Assembly: GCA_051047955.1 (NCBI GenBank)
Contig: JBPGPT010000032.1
Span: 1-64,000 of the forward strand
DNA: 64,000 bases
From: Cystobasidiomycetes sp. EMM_F5
Taxonomy: Eukaryota
Direction: 5' to 3'
The translations under genes and the position numbers were made by a program. Numbering within the stretch: the stretch's first letter is position 1; the number at the start of each line of letters is the position of its first letter. The notes under the pieces are model-generated. The model saw only the letters and a list, made by a program, of their open reading frames with translations, had not been told where the DNA came from and made no database searches. Below, piece after piece: positions 22,095-34,500 of this stretch.

Positions 22095-24163
22095 ATGGCC
22101 ATCGGCATAACATCGCAATACAATGGCGTTCAGAACAATACTGTAGTGTCCTTCAACCAACTCCAGCTAGGATCTGCCTGACAAGTCTTATACAGGCGCC
22201 AAACTGGTGGAGCGATGCAGGGCTGCGACAAAGTGAGTGTCGTTTACGACAACAGAGATTGTGCTAATGTATTCGTTCAGACGTATTGCATATCCTCATC
22301 ATCTATACTGCTTTATTTAGTCTCGGCTATGATGCAGTCCTCTTGAATGGTCAGCTCAATCTTTCATGTTTGACCTTGGGCTTACGATGACCCATGCTCA
22401 GGCGTCCAAGCGATTCCAAGCTGGGGCACTTACTTCGGGAAGCCTGCCGGCAATGTTCTAGGCTTGATCTCAGCTTCATACTTTCTCCCCAAACTTGGGA
22501 TGGCTTTCATAGTGCCACCCATAGCCGACAAGTATGGCAGGAAGGTTACTCTCTGGGCTGCCTCAGCCTTCATGGTAGCTGGCGGAATCATTGGTGGTTT
22601 CTCTATCAATACCGGCCAGCTCGTTGGGTCTCGAGTGCTGATTGGTATCGGAACTTCCTTCGGCTTTGTTGGCGGGGCTGCCATGATTCCCGAGATCGCT
22701 CATCCGAGGCTCAGAGGCAGAGCTGGCGCTGGCTTCTTCACCTGGTATGTGTCCATCACTTCACGACCTGATCATGACGCTCAATACTGCGAACAGCTTC
22801 TTCATCGGCAGTATCTTAGCGGCATGGTTGACCTTTGCAATGACATTCTACCCTGATCCGAAAAGTGACAACGCCTGGAGAATTCCGTTCTTCCTTCAGG
22901 CTGTTGGGCCGGTCATCTTAGGATTTGGGGTATTTCTGCTGCCACCATCGCCGCGATGGCTCATCGCCAAAGGTCGCGAGGAGCAGGCTCATGCCGTACT
23001 GGCCAAGTATCATGCCAATGGGGTCATGGACGACCCCTTGGTACTTCTTGAACTGTCGGAAATCAAATCCGGGCTAGAAGTAGAGAGACTTGCCAATTCT
23101 GGTCACTGGATGACATTCCTTAGTACGCCTGCAGACAGGCGCCGCCTGTGGATCATTTTCGTCATTGGTCTGTCTAACCAAGGAGCTGGCAATGGTAGGT
23201 CCTGACGTGTTGCAACATTGCCCTGTTGCTCAGGCTTTCCTCCGTCTCTACCTCGCCAGGCGTCATCAACTATTATCTCGTCCCCGTGTTGCGCCAAGTA
23301 GGCATTACAAAACCTGCTCAAACTACAGGTAACTTCATACGGCTTCTGGTTTACGTGCCCGCTAATGCTGCTAACACAGGTATCAATGGCGGACTTTCAA
23401 TTTGGGGCTTTGTTGTGGCAATCAGCGCAAGTTACCTGGTCGACCGAGTTGGACGTAGAAAGCTGTTCCTCATTTCGACTGCCGGCATGTTTGCGGTGTT
23501 CGTATGCATGACTGGGTTGAGTGGCAGCTATGCAGCCTCTGGCAACTCAGCTGTGGGAGTTGGCGTTGGTGGGCAGCGACTCCTTCAGAAAGTGATAGGA
23601 AGACACTGACGGTCTGCACACAGTGCCGTTCATCTACCTTTATCAAATGACTTATTCTATCGCACAAACTGTACGCCATATGCATGTTCCGATTTGCTAA
23701 GGACATACGCTAATGTCCCGCCTCGCAACTGCAGCCGCTTCCGACTCTCTACGTTCCTGAAATAAGTCCACTGAGGATGCGAGCGAAGTCCACCGCGGCT
23801 CTGTCCTTCTTTGAAAATGTTATGGCAGTCTTCAACCAATTCGTCAATCCGATTGCGTTGGGAGCTATCGGCTGGAAGTGTAAGTGAATTTGACAAAGCG
23901 TCGCAGAACCCTGTCTCATTGCCGCCTACGTAATTGCTCGGGCCACTTCAGATTACTTCGTCTTTGATGCACTGCTGGCGCTTTATTTCGTAGCCTTTTG
24001 GTTTACTCTCAGGGAGACCCGAGGCTTGACTACGGAAGAGGCAGCAATGGTATACGATACGCCGCGCGCTAAAGATGTCAAAGAACATCTTGAGCTGAAT
24101 CGGCAAGCGGCGCGAACCGAGGAGGTTTACAAGGAGGATGAGGATATGGTTGAAAGAGCTTAG
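22095..24163 (+). CDS. MFS sugar-porter transporter (lactose permease/cellodextrin transporter-like), multi-exon
   Basis: NNTAPNWWSDAGLR, GYDAVLLNG, ADKYGRK, PEIAHPRLRG, AWRIPFFLQ, SPRWLIAKGR, LAKYHANG, VDRVGRR and ETRGLT. Confidence 0.9.
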
Positions 24164-24628
24164 TAGTGACGTTTTTTGTCCCGAGTCTTCTCAGTCTTTG
24201 GGAAGTGGGAAGTAACAGCTGCAGTCATGTTGCACATTCAATTTGCTGTAGTGGCTGCGACGTCCTTGTCTTCAAGGAGCGGTGAGGACCACGAAGATTT
24301 GTTTAGTAAAGCTTGAATAGTCTTGCAGTGCCCGGTCAAAGATAATCTCAACATATACCTAGCGCATCCATGCTGAGATATGCGCTCGTGCTACATTTTC
24401 GGTAGAAGACTCCATCGGCACGGCCGGGAAGTCCAACATCGAATTCCACATTAGGTTCGAGTTTAGCAGTAGGACATTGCACAATATGCAGGAGTCAGGG
24501 TAATGCAGGGCCGAAGTGGATGCCCATTGTCCCTCTGTTAAGGTCGAGAAGAATGCATTCAGTTGATCTGTCTATGGTATATATACATCTGTACCATACG
24601 GGGCCTCAAACACACAGGAACGATGACA

Positions 24629-27592
24629 TTAAGTATCAAACCATAGCTGTTCACCGTACTGTATGCGCGGAACCAGTCAGCTATATGCAATTAACACGTA
24701 AGAGAGCCAAAGCTCACCATATTGGGTCTCTCCTGACGTACGTACGCTTCAAAAGTCCGTTTGAGCACTGTAGCCCAGCTCAGATCCTTGACGTCCTCGC
24801 AAACATTATCGGCATTGACGCCTGACTCGCCATCAATCTGCGCATGCTCGAGCTGTTGAGATGTAACTGATGATCTACTATGACCCGTCGGTACTGTGAC
24901 AGGATGCCCAGGTCCGGCAGGAGTGTCCGGCGAAGTAGCGGAGCGCGAACGGGCCTGTGTTCCCTCTTTTACGAAGCGATACCCTAGGTCAGGCCAATTT
25001 CTCACTGGATCGAAAGGTATCCACCAGAAATTGTGAAAGTGGTAACTGAATGCCCCTCGGAAGAAGCCATCAAAACCCAAAGTCAAGGGTGCTGCGCTAT
25101 CTTCCCCAGGCGGGTCAAAGAACTGGTTTACGAGAGTCAGCCAGTAAAGCCAGTAAAATTGCGAATAAGCATGGTTTTCTTACATCTTCAAAGCGTTTGA
25201 AGTACGGAAATGGCGGTCTATCGCGCTGATAGTATTCGGTATTTAGCCATGCAGAGTCAAACAACGCATCTGGGAGGCGCAGAAGGAGACCCTCCAAGCT
25301 GGCATCCTTTGTGTATTTTGAAATAGTCATGGGATGAAAATCCAGTCCATTGGCTAAGGCTGATTTGAAGAGGAAACTGCCAATAGCAGAGTTGCGATGC
25401 AGTTTGAGAACTGCTGTGTTGTATTTCTCCAGCCTACTCCATCGATACGCAAAGGCACCTTTCCAGCCCCACAATTCTTCCCAGTCTCGTAGAAGAATAG
25501 TATCGGCATCTAGATAAATCCCACCAAACCTATGGGTGAGCACGAGACGTGCCATGTCGGATAAGACAACGGTCAGACGGTCGTATCCTTTGGAGGAGGT
25601 AGAGCCAACCCGGTTGAGCATGTCTGCTGTCGTAGGCTTTGCTCGCAACGATCTGTCTGTCTGCTCCGGCTCTACCCCGGCGGTTGCTTTCAAATCCCTT
25701 CCATTGACAGCAAGAGCATCGCTGAGGTCTTGACCAACGCGAAGCACTGCATCATTGCCGAAACGACCTCGATTTTCCTCCATGCTGCCATCCGCCGTGA
25801 CGTTAAATGCGTGATCCGTATCGCTGTTCTTCCCGATTATACTTGAAGCAATGTCCTTTTCTTCATCGTCAATATGCAAATTGGTCGTGCTTCCGGTGCC
25901 GAACTTGACGCCTCCAGAGTTGAAGAGCGGAAGAGACCTCCAGTATGGTCGCATCTCTGGAACATTGTCGAGTTGTTCAGTCGTGTTCCATAAGCGAAAC
26001 TTCACGACTTCGGCAAAGCGCTCGTGCAAAAAGGGTGCGGACCAGGGATTGCTGCGCAGCTGATCAAACATCTGCGACCTTGCTTTGGGGTTCGGTAACG
26101 ATGCTGCAGGTCCCGGATTGATCCAGAGCCATAATTGCGGACGACATTGCTTTTCGAGAAAATTTACCATTTGACGCGACCGTGGTTTCATATGCAGACC
26201 CAGATTCTGCGTGTACAGAAATGACATTGCCGCAAGATAGGGCTTATCAGTAAAAGCACCCGCCCAGAATATGTGGAATATGCGGGGATGATCAGGATCA
26301 CACATTGGGTCAGCGGATGGGTGGGTTGGATGTGGCAGTGCTGACAGTCCTGATCCAACACGCCTCCGTACAGCATAATGAGAGGAGGTTGATGCTTCAT
26401 CCGTGAATGAGCTGAAAGCAGCCTGAAAAGCTTTGGCGGTACCGGGCGTCAAATCTAGCGGGCTCTTTTGCCGGTAGCCAAGCGTTTCCATTACGTCGCG
26501 GGCAAGCAAACTCTGATTATGGGCACTTTGCGTAAGATCGTCTGTGTGCGAAGGTTGTTCTTCCCGATAGACATGCTTCCAGGTATTTCTTCTGCCCCTG
26601 CGTAGACGACCTTGGGTATCGAGGCCGGCCCCTGTGCGCAGGATTTCAAGACAATCACGAACGTAGCGATTCGTCGTAAAGTCGCAATAGTCCATGACCG
26701 AATCCAGATCCAATATGGAATCAGCAGGAGGTCGAGGCGGAAACGACCCATTGGGTACTTCCCCATACTCAAAAGATCGGAGTGAGGAAGCTTGTCGCGT
26801 CTTGTCTGTGTCGAGATTTGAGCTTTCGTTCAATTGCCCGTGCGGTATGGCGATGCTGTAGTATTTGCGCTTCGGACCGCTTGGCTGTAGAGCACCCACA
26901 TCTAGGAATTCAGAGGGAAATCTTGCGGGCCCGGAATGCGGCTGCTGCTGTAAAGACGCGTTGTAATTGAGAGGTATAGACGCCGACTGCGAATCTACAG
27001 CTGGATTGCTGAACTGTGGCAGATTTATGGAAACTGGCAGTCGCCGTCTTGATGGATAGTGGCCTGCTTTGATTTCCCATTTCCACACTTCTGTTGTCAA
27101 CTTTGGCGTAAGAATGCTTGTCGATGGCTGTAGCAGAGTGATGTTGATCCGCGAGGAGTGTTTGTTGAGCTTCTTACCGAAGAGTATAAGGCAGAGAAGC
27201 AGGGCGAGATAGCCTACGACGCTCGGTCGTCTCCGTCGGCTGTCTTTACGTGTATCGTCTGCCCCATTGAGATGACGGCCGGACAAATCCTCTCTTGGAG
27301 ATTTTTTGGAAGATACTAGAACTCGAAGAATAGGAATAGCTAGTACTTTTCCACGTGTTCCAGGCAGCGGTATTTCAACGCTCTCGAAATGGTTTCTGAA
27401 GAAGTGCCGAGTTTTATTCCCGCTCAAGCGAGCCGTAGACAACGAATGCTTCTCCAAAATGGCAGTGTTCTGCGGTGACGCATTCCGAATAAGGCTTGAC
27501 AGGGAATCTGATATTGCATTGTTGCTCTTGGAACCGAGAGTAGACCGCTTTTGCGGCTGGCTAGAACCAGTTGCAGTGAAGGGAAGAGTCAT
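24629..27592 (-). CDS. Glycosyltransferase family 32 (DXD-motif) type II membrane protein
   Basis: Transmembrane segment VVGYLALLLCLILF, FHIFWAG, LSDMARLVLTHRFGGIYLDAD, NTAV and FSYHFHNFW; last exon YGEQLWFDT*. Confidence 0.85.
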
Positions 27593-27905
27593 GGGATTCG
27601 ACTCTCATGCGGGATGCAGTGCACTCTGAGCTGTTGCAGATTGATGGGTGAGGTGTCAATGGGGAGTCCTCTCTTGCACACACCGACAAGACGCGATTTA
27701 CTCTTGAATCCGAAAGCTCTGTCATTGGCGGACGGCGCTTTGCTTGAGCAGGTTTCAGCAGCAGCACTTGAGATTAGAGACGAGCATGTCTGCGTTGGCC
27801 ATCGCCAACCTGCAGAGCGTCGACTTGATCAACAAATTGCCTTCTGACGACAGCCAGGGAGGACCTTCGTACTCAGACGAAGACGACCATCCTGGATCCA
27901 CCGCA

Positions 27906-28516
27906 ATGATATTGTGGGTAGACTTGGAGCAGTCTACGACATTTTCCGTGCTGGATTGACTCTGTTGCTCGTTGATGCCACTAGCTGCCCGACATGCGGC
28001 AACATGCTAATCGTCGACAAGAGCGAGGCTGATGGACAGCATCGCTTCAGCTGCATGACGTGTCCGTACGACTATCCCATAGCTGGCAAGCAGGTGCGCC
28101 CTGGGTGTCTGACTCAGAGATTTGAGGTGATTTTTGACGATGGACGCTGTCGAACAAAGTATGTCGAGACAAACTATCTCCAGCGCAAGCAGGCCGACGA
28201 CGTGTTGGGTGGAGAGGACAGCTGGAAGAATGTGGATAGTATTGAAGGTAAGGCTGCCTGAGCTCAACAAGTGCCAAAGCTGACTGTATGTGGCCCCCTT
28301 TGCTATACGTCTGACAACACAGCAACCTGCCCAAAGTGTGACAATCGAAGAGCGTACTTTATGCAAATACAGATTCGGAGTGCCGACGAGCCGAGCACGA
28401 CCTTCTTTGTGAGTATCTGCGCATGCAAAAGCAGCCAGAGCCGACGAAATTAATCATTTGTACACAAACAGCGATGCACACGGTCGGACTGCGCCTATCA
28501 GTGGAAGGAGAATTGA
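27906..28516 (+). CDS. RPC11: RNA polymerase III subunit C11 (TFIIS-like)
   Basis: Spliced MIFCPTCGNML...CMTCPY...DDVLGGEDSWKNVD...CPKCDNRRAYFMQIQIRSADEPSTTFFRC...QWKEN*. Confidence 0.95.
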
Positions 28517-28681
28517 GCACCCTATGGGAATCCTCGTCTTGCAGACGCTTACCACATCGTCAGAGATGCGAATGTGAGTGCAGGCCGGGCGACTACAATA
28601 CATGATCTAAACTGCAACGACTACTTGCGATACTGCTCAAAAAAAGACTATGGCACGGTGCCACACCGCAAGAACCGTTTC

Positions 28682-30784
28682 TCAAGGCACCCTGCACTTC
28701 AGTGACGCGTGCTCCAATAGCGCAATCCCAGCACCAAGCGCCCACCCCAACTCAATATCGTTGATCTTCTTGCCAGTCACGAGTTCGCGCTCGGGAGATA
28801 GCTCGTACCCGAGACTGAGCAGGCTGTACATGAAGCTCAAGTCAAGGCAGTACTCGGGTCGATCTTCGAGTTCAGCCATGGCTTCCAAGCTGTCCTTGAA
28901 TCGGGTCCAGCCGCGTGTAGATGAGCTCGTGCTCGTGCCAGATGGATGTGGACCTGCACAGACATCTTCGCTCAGCTGGCGGAGATCGGATATCGTGAAC
29001 GGGGCATCCTTCTTTCCCAAGCCTAACGGGACAATGCGATCGTAAAAGTAGGACAGGGCATAAATTGGGCCAGAACCGAATGTATCCATGAGCTTGGGTT
29101 GATAGACACCGCCAAAAGCACATGGCTCAACATCGCACAGAGCGTCTTTGGCCATGACCACGTCCACTATCCGCCTGCATGCGTCAAAGCCAGCTCCAGT
29201 ACCAATAAACGTTACGTTGACGGCTTTGCGACCAGGTGGATCCAAGAGAACTACTTTTCTACCATCTTTCACCAGGCATGGGTTGTGTATTAGTGTCTGC
29301 TCGCTAAGGTCGTCCCATTCTAGCGGTTTGCCTTTAGGTACGGACTGCCAGACATACGTGAATGCGACAAGATTGTTCACAGAACGCCGCGCTTGCATCA
29401 GGCCGTATCCAAGGTGGGAATGCTGATAGAGTGTATGTTTGGTCGCAGCAAAGTTGAGATCGTATACATGGTCGCCAGGCGAAAGCTTCGATGTTGATGG
29501 AAAAGAGGGTTCAAATACGATTTGAGTTGACGCGCCGCCGAGATCCATGACCGCTGCAGTAGCGGCACCTTTGGCACCCGGACCTACCAGTCCAAGGAGC
29601 TGCAGGTGCGAACCACCGTGTCAGTACTGTGAAATGTCACCAATCCTACGCTGAAGATACATGTTGCTTACATAATTGATGGTGATCCATGCATACACTC
29701 CTTCATCGCTTCCGTCCATGATTACAACGCCATTGTCGACTACGTGAAACGGCCATCGACTATGTAACCACGATTCGACCTCATCGAGAATAGCCTGCGA
29801 CTCCTTGGCTCCCAAGAGACGTAGCCCAGCGGTTGCCTTGACCGCAACTGGAGTGCATGCGTGTTCTGATTTTGGTACAGCTCGAACTGCCTCTTCCATA
29901 AGCTTCGTCAGACTCTCAGCCGCTGCTTTTGGATTGCCCTTGTAGCTTGACAGTCCCGGTGTCACGGGGTAGAAGAGTTCGTCTCTTAGCGTAGGTAGAG
30001 CATCTTTGGCGGCTTGAGAGTCTATCGCAATACCGCTTGATAGGCAGTTGGAAAATGTGTAAACGTGCATTCGTGAACCAGTACTTCCCGCGTCAATCAT
30101 GAGGGCGTATTGAGTCTCCTGCTTTCCAGGCGCGAGTCTGCATGTAGCAGACGACGATCCGTCCACCTTGGCTATGCCCGTCTCTGGAGTCTGGATGTCT
30201 AGCGTTTTCGTCCCAACATCGGCCTTGTTGTTTTCAGCAATGAAATCTGTATTCTCGCGCCAATTTGCAACTTCCTGTACGAGCTCTGGAGAAGAACCAG
30301 CCGCGTGTTTATGAGTCCGCCATGAAGAAGAAGCGTCTCCCGACTGATATATGATAAGCAGGCCGCTCAGAATGACCGCTGCAGCAATCAGTGAATTGCG
30401 CTGCCAGCGGGCGAGGAAAAGGGATGTCAGACGTTCTGCTGCAGATGTGCTTGCACTGTGGCCATTCGGTAGCTGGGAGTATGCAGAGGTGCTCCGCCTT
30501 CGATTTCCCATCTCGAAGCCGTTCAAAGCGTCCAAATCGTCAAAGCTGCCACCTTCAAACGAATCCGACTCTGTGTTTTCGGCAGTAGGTCGGGCCTTGC
30601 CGTAGCCGTAGCTTGAGCTTGCACCGTTGGAAGCCAGATTGGAGGCGTATGCACCAAATCTGCTTGCCGAACGACTACTATCGATATTTTGGTATACAGC
30701 CGAAGACGATGAGAGACTGGTTGAAGGAACGTGGTGTCGCGCGTAGTCTTTGCTTGAGGACCGCCGTCTCAGCTCTACAGACAT
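28682..30784 (-). CDS. GDA1: Golgi guanosine diphosphatase (GDA1/CD39 NTPDase)
   Basis: Apyrase conserved regions DAGSTGSR, ATAGLRLL, MDGSDEG, DLGGASTQ and GWALG; single N-terminal transmembrane segment. Confidence 0.92.
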
Positions 30785-31153
30785 ATATAGGCAGTGGGCA
30801 GATGTCTAAGCGTCGACTGAAAATGCTGAGTGCTCAACCCAAAGCATGCCACTCGCAGACAAGCGATTGCAATCTGTACACCTTCGTGTAATCAACACGT
30901 AGAAGCGCGTGCAATGGGGCAGAGCACTGAGTTTTGCATGGCATGTGACGCCGCAAAGCTGTCTAGGTATCTTTACAGGTGTGTTTGAGGTTTGGGATGA
31001 ATGCTAGAGTCTACGCGTCGGAACGCGCCATACCTCAGAAGGTGTGCATACATGGTTTGATAAGCCCGTTTGTAATGTGCCGAGTGGCACAGCGTGGCTC
31101 ATTTGAAGAGGGTCCGAGTCTGTCGGTGCAAGCCGTGGCAGCACGCAATTAGT

Positions 31154-32653
31154 CTACTCCTCGTCGCCAGACTCGACTTCGGCCTTGGATTTCTTGGTCT
31201 GTTTTGACAATGTCAGCAGAGATGCCACCAGCCAGATGCTTTGGGATGTCAGAAACGCACCTTTCGAGGTTTGGCAGCCGCCTTTTTGGGCTTCTCCTCC
31301 TCTCCTGCGTCGTCATCGTCGCTCGCTGCCTTCTTTGGCTTTCGACCCGGCTAACACGCAACGTTAGTATTTGTACTGGCAGGTCATGCACGAATTACCT
31401 TCTTCTTGGCCTTTGGCTTCTCCTCTTCGTCTTCGTTCTGCTCTACATCATCAGCCTCTTCGTCGTCTTCTTGCTTTTGCTTTTTTGTCTTCTTAGAAGC
31501 GGCCTGTGCGGCGGGCAATAGTGAAGACGACCAGTCAGTCGTGTTGGCTCAAAGAATACGGATGACAAGTGCCCTAATCACCTTTGCACGACCCTTTGGC
31601 TTTGGAGCCTTCTCCTCGTCATCATCGTCCTTGTGCTCTTCTTCATCCTCGTCAGTCTCGTTCTTTTTTGCCTTCTTCTTGGCGGGCTGAGTGCCACGAG
31701 CGCAAGCATCAGATGAGCTTGATCTGATTGTACAAGTCATGTCATGATGATGTGAGGCACCTCACCTGCCTAGCCTTTTTGGCAGCGGGCTTCTTTGTCT
31801 TGTCTTCATCGTCCTGAGCACCATTCTCGGCGTGCTCGTCTCCGTCCTCTTCATCCTCATCCTGCGTCTTCTTGGACTTGCGCTTTGCCGGCGTTGCCGC
31901 CTTGACAGACTCACTCTGCTGGGTCTCTGGAACATCGGCGTCGTCCACTGGGCATACGTGGATTTAGCGTCAGAGGGTGGTCGACTTCAGGTAGTGGACA
32001 GTGAAAGATACACACCACGACCCTCTTCAAAAGCCTTTCTGATCTTGGCCTGATCTTCTTCTCTCAAGTCTTCAAAGCCGTCCTGAGCAAATCGAAATTA
32101 GGTGGGGGAGAGGCCAGTGCCAAGTTTATCAACACACAAGCTCTGATGCATCCTCGCCAAGTTTCGTCTTGAGGTTGTTGATCACTCTTGCGGTTGTGCA
32201 CCCTGAAATACACCGTCAGCGTCAGTCTCGCCCGAATGCATGCGATACAGACGACGACGGCTCACCCCAGTGTCTCCACTGAAACGACTGCCTCTCCTGA
32301 ATAGTGACCATCGTTCCTAATCGCATCTCTCCCTTTGCAATCTTTGTGCCGAAACATGGCTGTCGGTGTGGGAAATGTCAACATCAACAACCTGCCCCTC
32401 GCCTGGCCAGGCATCGTCATCCGGTGCACTGCACCTTTGCGCCCTTGCAGCCAGCGCGACCAGAGTTGGCGTACTCTGGGATGTGAGTCGTCAGAGTGGA
32501 GCACGTCAGTCTCCATTGACGTGTCTGATGTCGTGTACGCTGCCCGTTATATATAAGTGACCTCACCGATTCTGTAGGCCTATCGTATAATCCCGACACG
32601 CGCCATAAAGACTGTCAGCCAGCTGTGATGGCGGAGTATATTGTGCGTACCAT
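31154..32653 (-). CDS. PARP-type zinc-finger protein with Lys/Glu-rich tail (Hpz1-like), many small exons
   Basis: Spliced MAYRIEYANSGRAGCKGAKPCFGTKIAKGEMRLG...WRHWGC...DGFEDLREEDQAKIRKAFEEG, followed by repeated PAKKKAKK/acidic exons. Confidence 0.85.
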
Positions 32654-32792
32654 ATTGCAAGCGAGTGTGTGGTCGATGTAACCAGCCGTTGTGGTTGGGC
32701 TGCTGGCACCTTGAAACCAGCGTCAAAGGCAACTTGCATCAATCAATCGAGCACACTGCTGCTCCGACACGACAATACCAAGTTGGACCCGC

Positions 32793-34095
32793 ATGACTGA
32801 GGCACTCTTCTTCAACGCTTCTGCTGGCTACCTCGAGGGTGTAGTGAGGTGGGTGCAATGCATCGTAGCAGTGGTCATGCTGCTGGACACGGCCAATACT
32901 GAGACTGCCCGAGCAGAGGCTACAAGGCAGGCCTGCTCACCCAGAGCAACTACAGCAACCTCACTCAGTGCGAGACGCTCGACGGTGGGCCTCGTGCTGG
33001 CATTCATGCCCGCAGTTACCCTTAACTGACTACGCAACCCTCGTCCAATTCCCTCAATGTACAGACTTCAAACTCCAGCTCACATCTACAGACTATGGCA
33101 ACTTTTTGGCAAACGAGACACCCCCAATCAGCACTTCGACCATTGCCGAACGAGCGACGCAGCGTCTCGTAGACGAATTCAACTATGTCCGCTCAAACGC
33201 CGGTGGTGCACTCGCAAAGTTCCTCGACTACATTACTTACGCCTACATGATTGACAATGTCATCCTTCTCATCACTGGAACGCTGCACGAGCGGGAAACG
33301 CACGAATTGCTCGAACGGTGTCATCCCCTAGGCACGTTTGATACGATGGCCGCACTCTGCGTGGCGACAAACGTCGAGGAGCTCTACAGCAGCGTCCTCG
33401 TCGAGACGCCCCTTGCCCCGTACTTTCAACAGTGCCTGTCTGCGACCGATCTAGACGAGCTGCACATTGAGATTATCAGAAACGCCCTCTACAAGGCCTA
33501 CATCGAAGACTTTCACGCCTTTTGCCAGACCTTGGGCAACCCTACAGCCGAAGTCATGTCTGGCATTCTTGCCTTCGAGGCAGACCGGCGGACAATCAAC
33601 ATCAGCGTCAATTCGCTCGGCACGGGCTTATCAAAGGAGCAGCGATCTCGACTCTTCCCAAGTATAGGCAAGCTGTATCCCGAGGGGAGTCTGGCACTAT
33701 CCCGAGCAGACGAGTTTGACCAGATAAAGTCAATCGTCGAGAGTGTCGGCGAGTACAGGCAATTCTTCGATTCGGCGAGTGCGGCAGCAAACAGTGCCAA
33801 CGGCGGCAACGACAATGAAGCGGCAGCCGCCCAGGATATGGAGGACCAATTCTTCAAAGAGGAAGTAAGGCTCAACAAGATGGCGTTCCTTCAGCAGTTT
33901 CAGCTTGGAGTGTTTTATGCATTCTTCAAGCTCAAAGAACAGGAAATCAGATCACTCACCTGGATTGCAGAATGTATCGCACAGAATGCTAGAGAGCGGA
34001 TAGATGACTAGTAGGTCTCGGCAGGTCCTCCTACGCCCATACCAACTCTGGCTGACTCGACGACTCATGCACGCCTCAGTATTCCTATCTTTTAG
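32793..34095 (+). CDS. VMA6: V-type proton ATPase subunit d
   Basis: [63 protein letters not shown] and terminal YIPIF*. Confidence 0.97.
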
Positions 34096-34500
34096 TCCAT
34101 TGCAGCTTTTAGATCAACTGGAATGGTGCCTGTTCGTGTAGTTGTGCGCTACGTCACCAATACCATACGATTCCACTGTCAATGAAAGACTGGGCTGAGT
34201 CTGCCTCTACACGGCTTAAGCTTGTGCGGCAACTTCACGGCGGCACTTAATATTTTCATTGTACGAATGCTGATCAGACGAGGTTCGGTGCGCATACATG
34301 TACACCCGCTACTGCAATGACAAAATGTTTACCTTATATAAGGGCATGTAAACGACCAGCATGACGCTAATTCGCTGCACTGCTTTTTACAGCTCTGTCG
34401 CCCGGAATTACAATTGCAATCAATGCTTACGACGAGTGTGAATCAAGATGCCTGAAACGCCTCAGCGTCAAGGATACAATGATCCATGCTAGCTAGTCTA

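Noticed and set aside
24440..24470. GGTTCGAG T-loop-like motif suggesting a tRNA (also at ~5077)
   Set aside because: No cloverleaf, acceptor stem or A-box was found around it.
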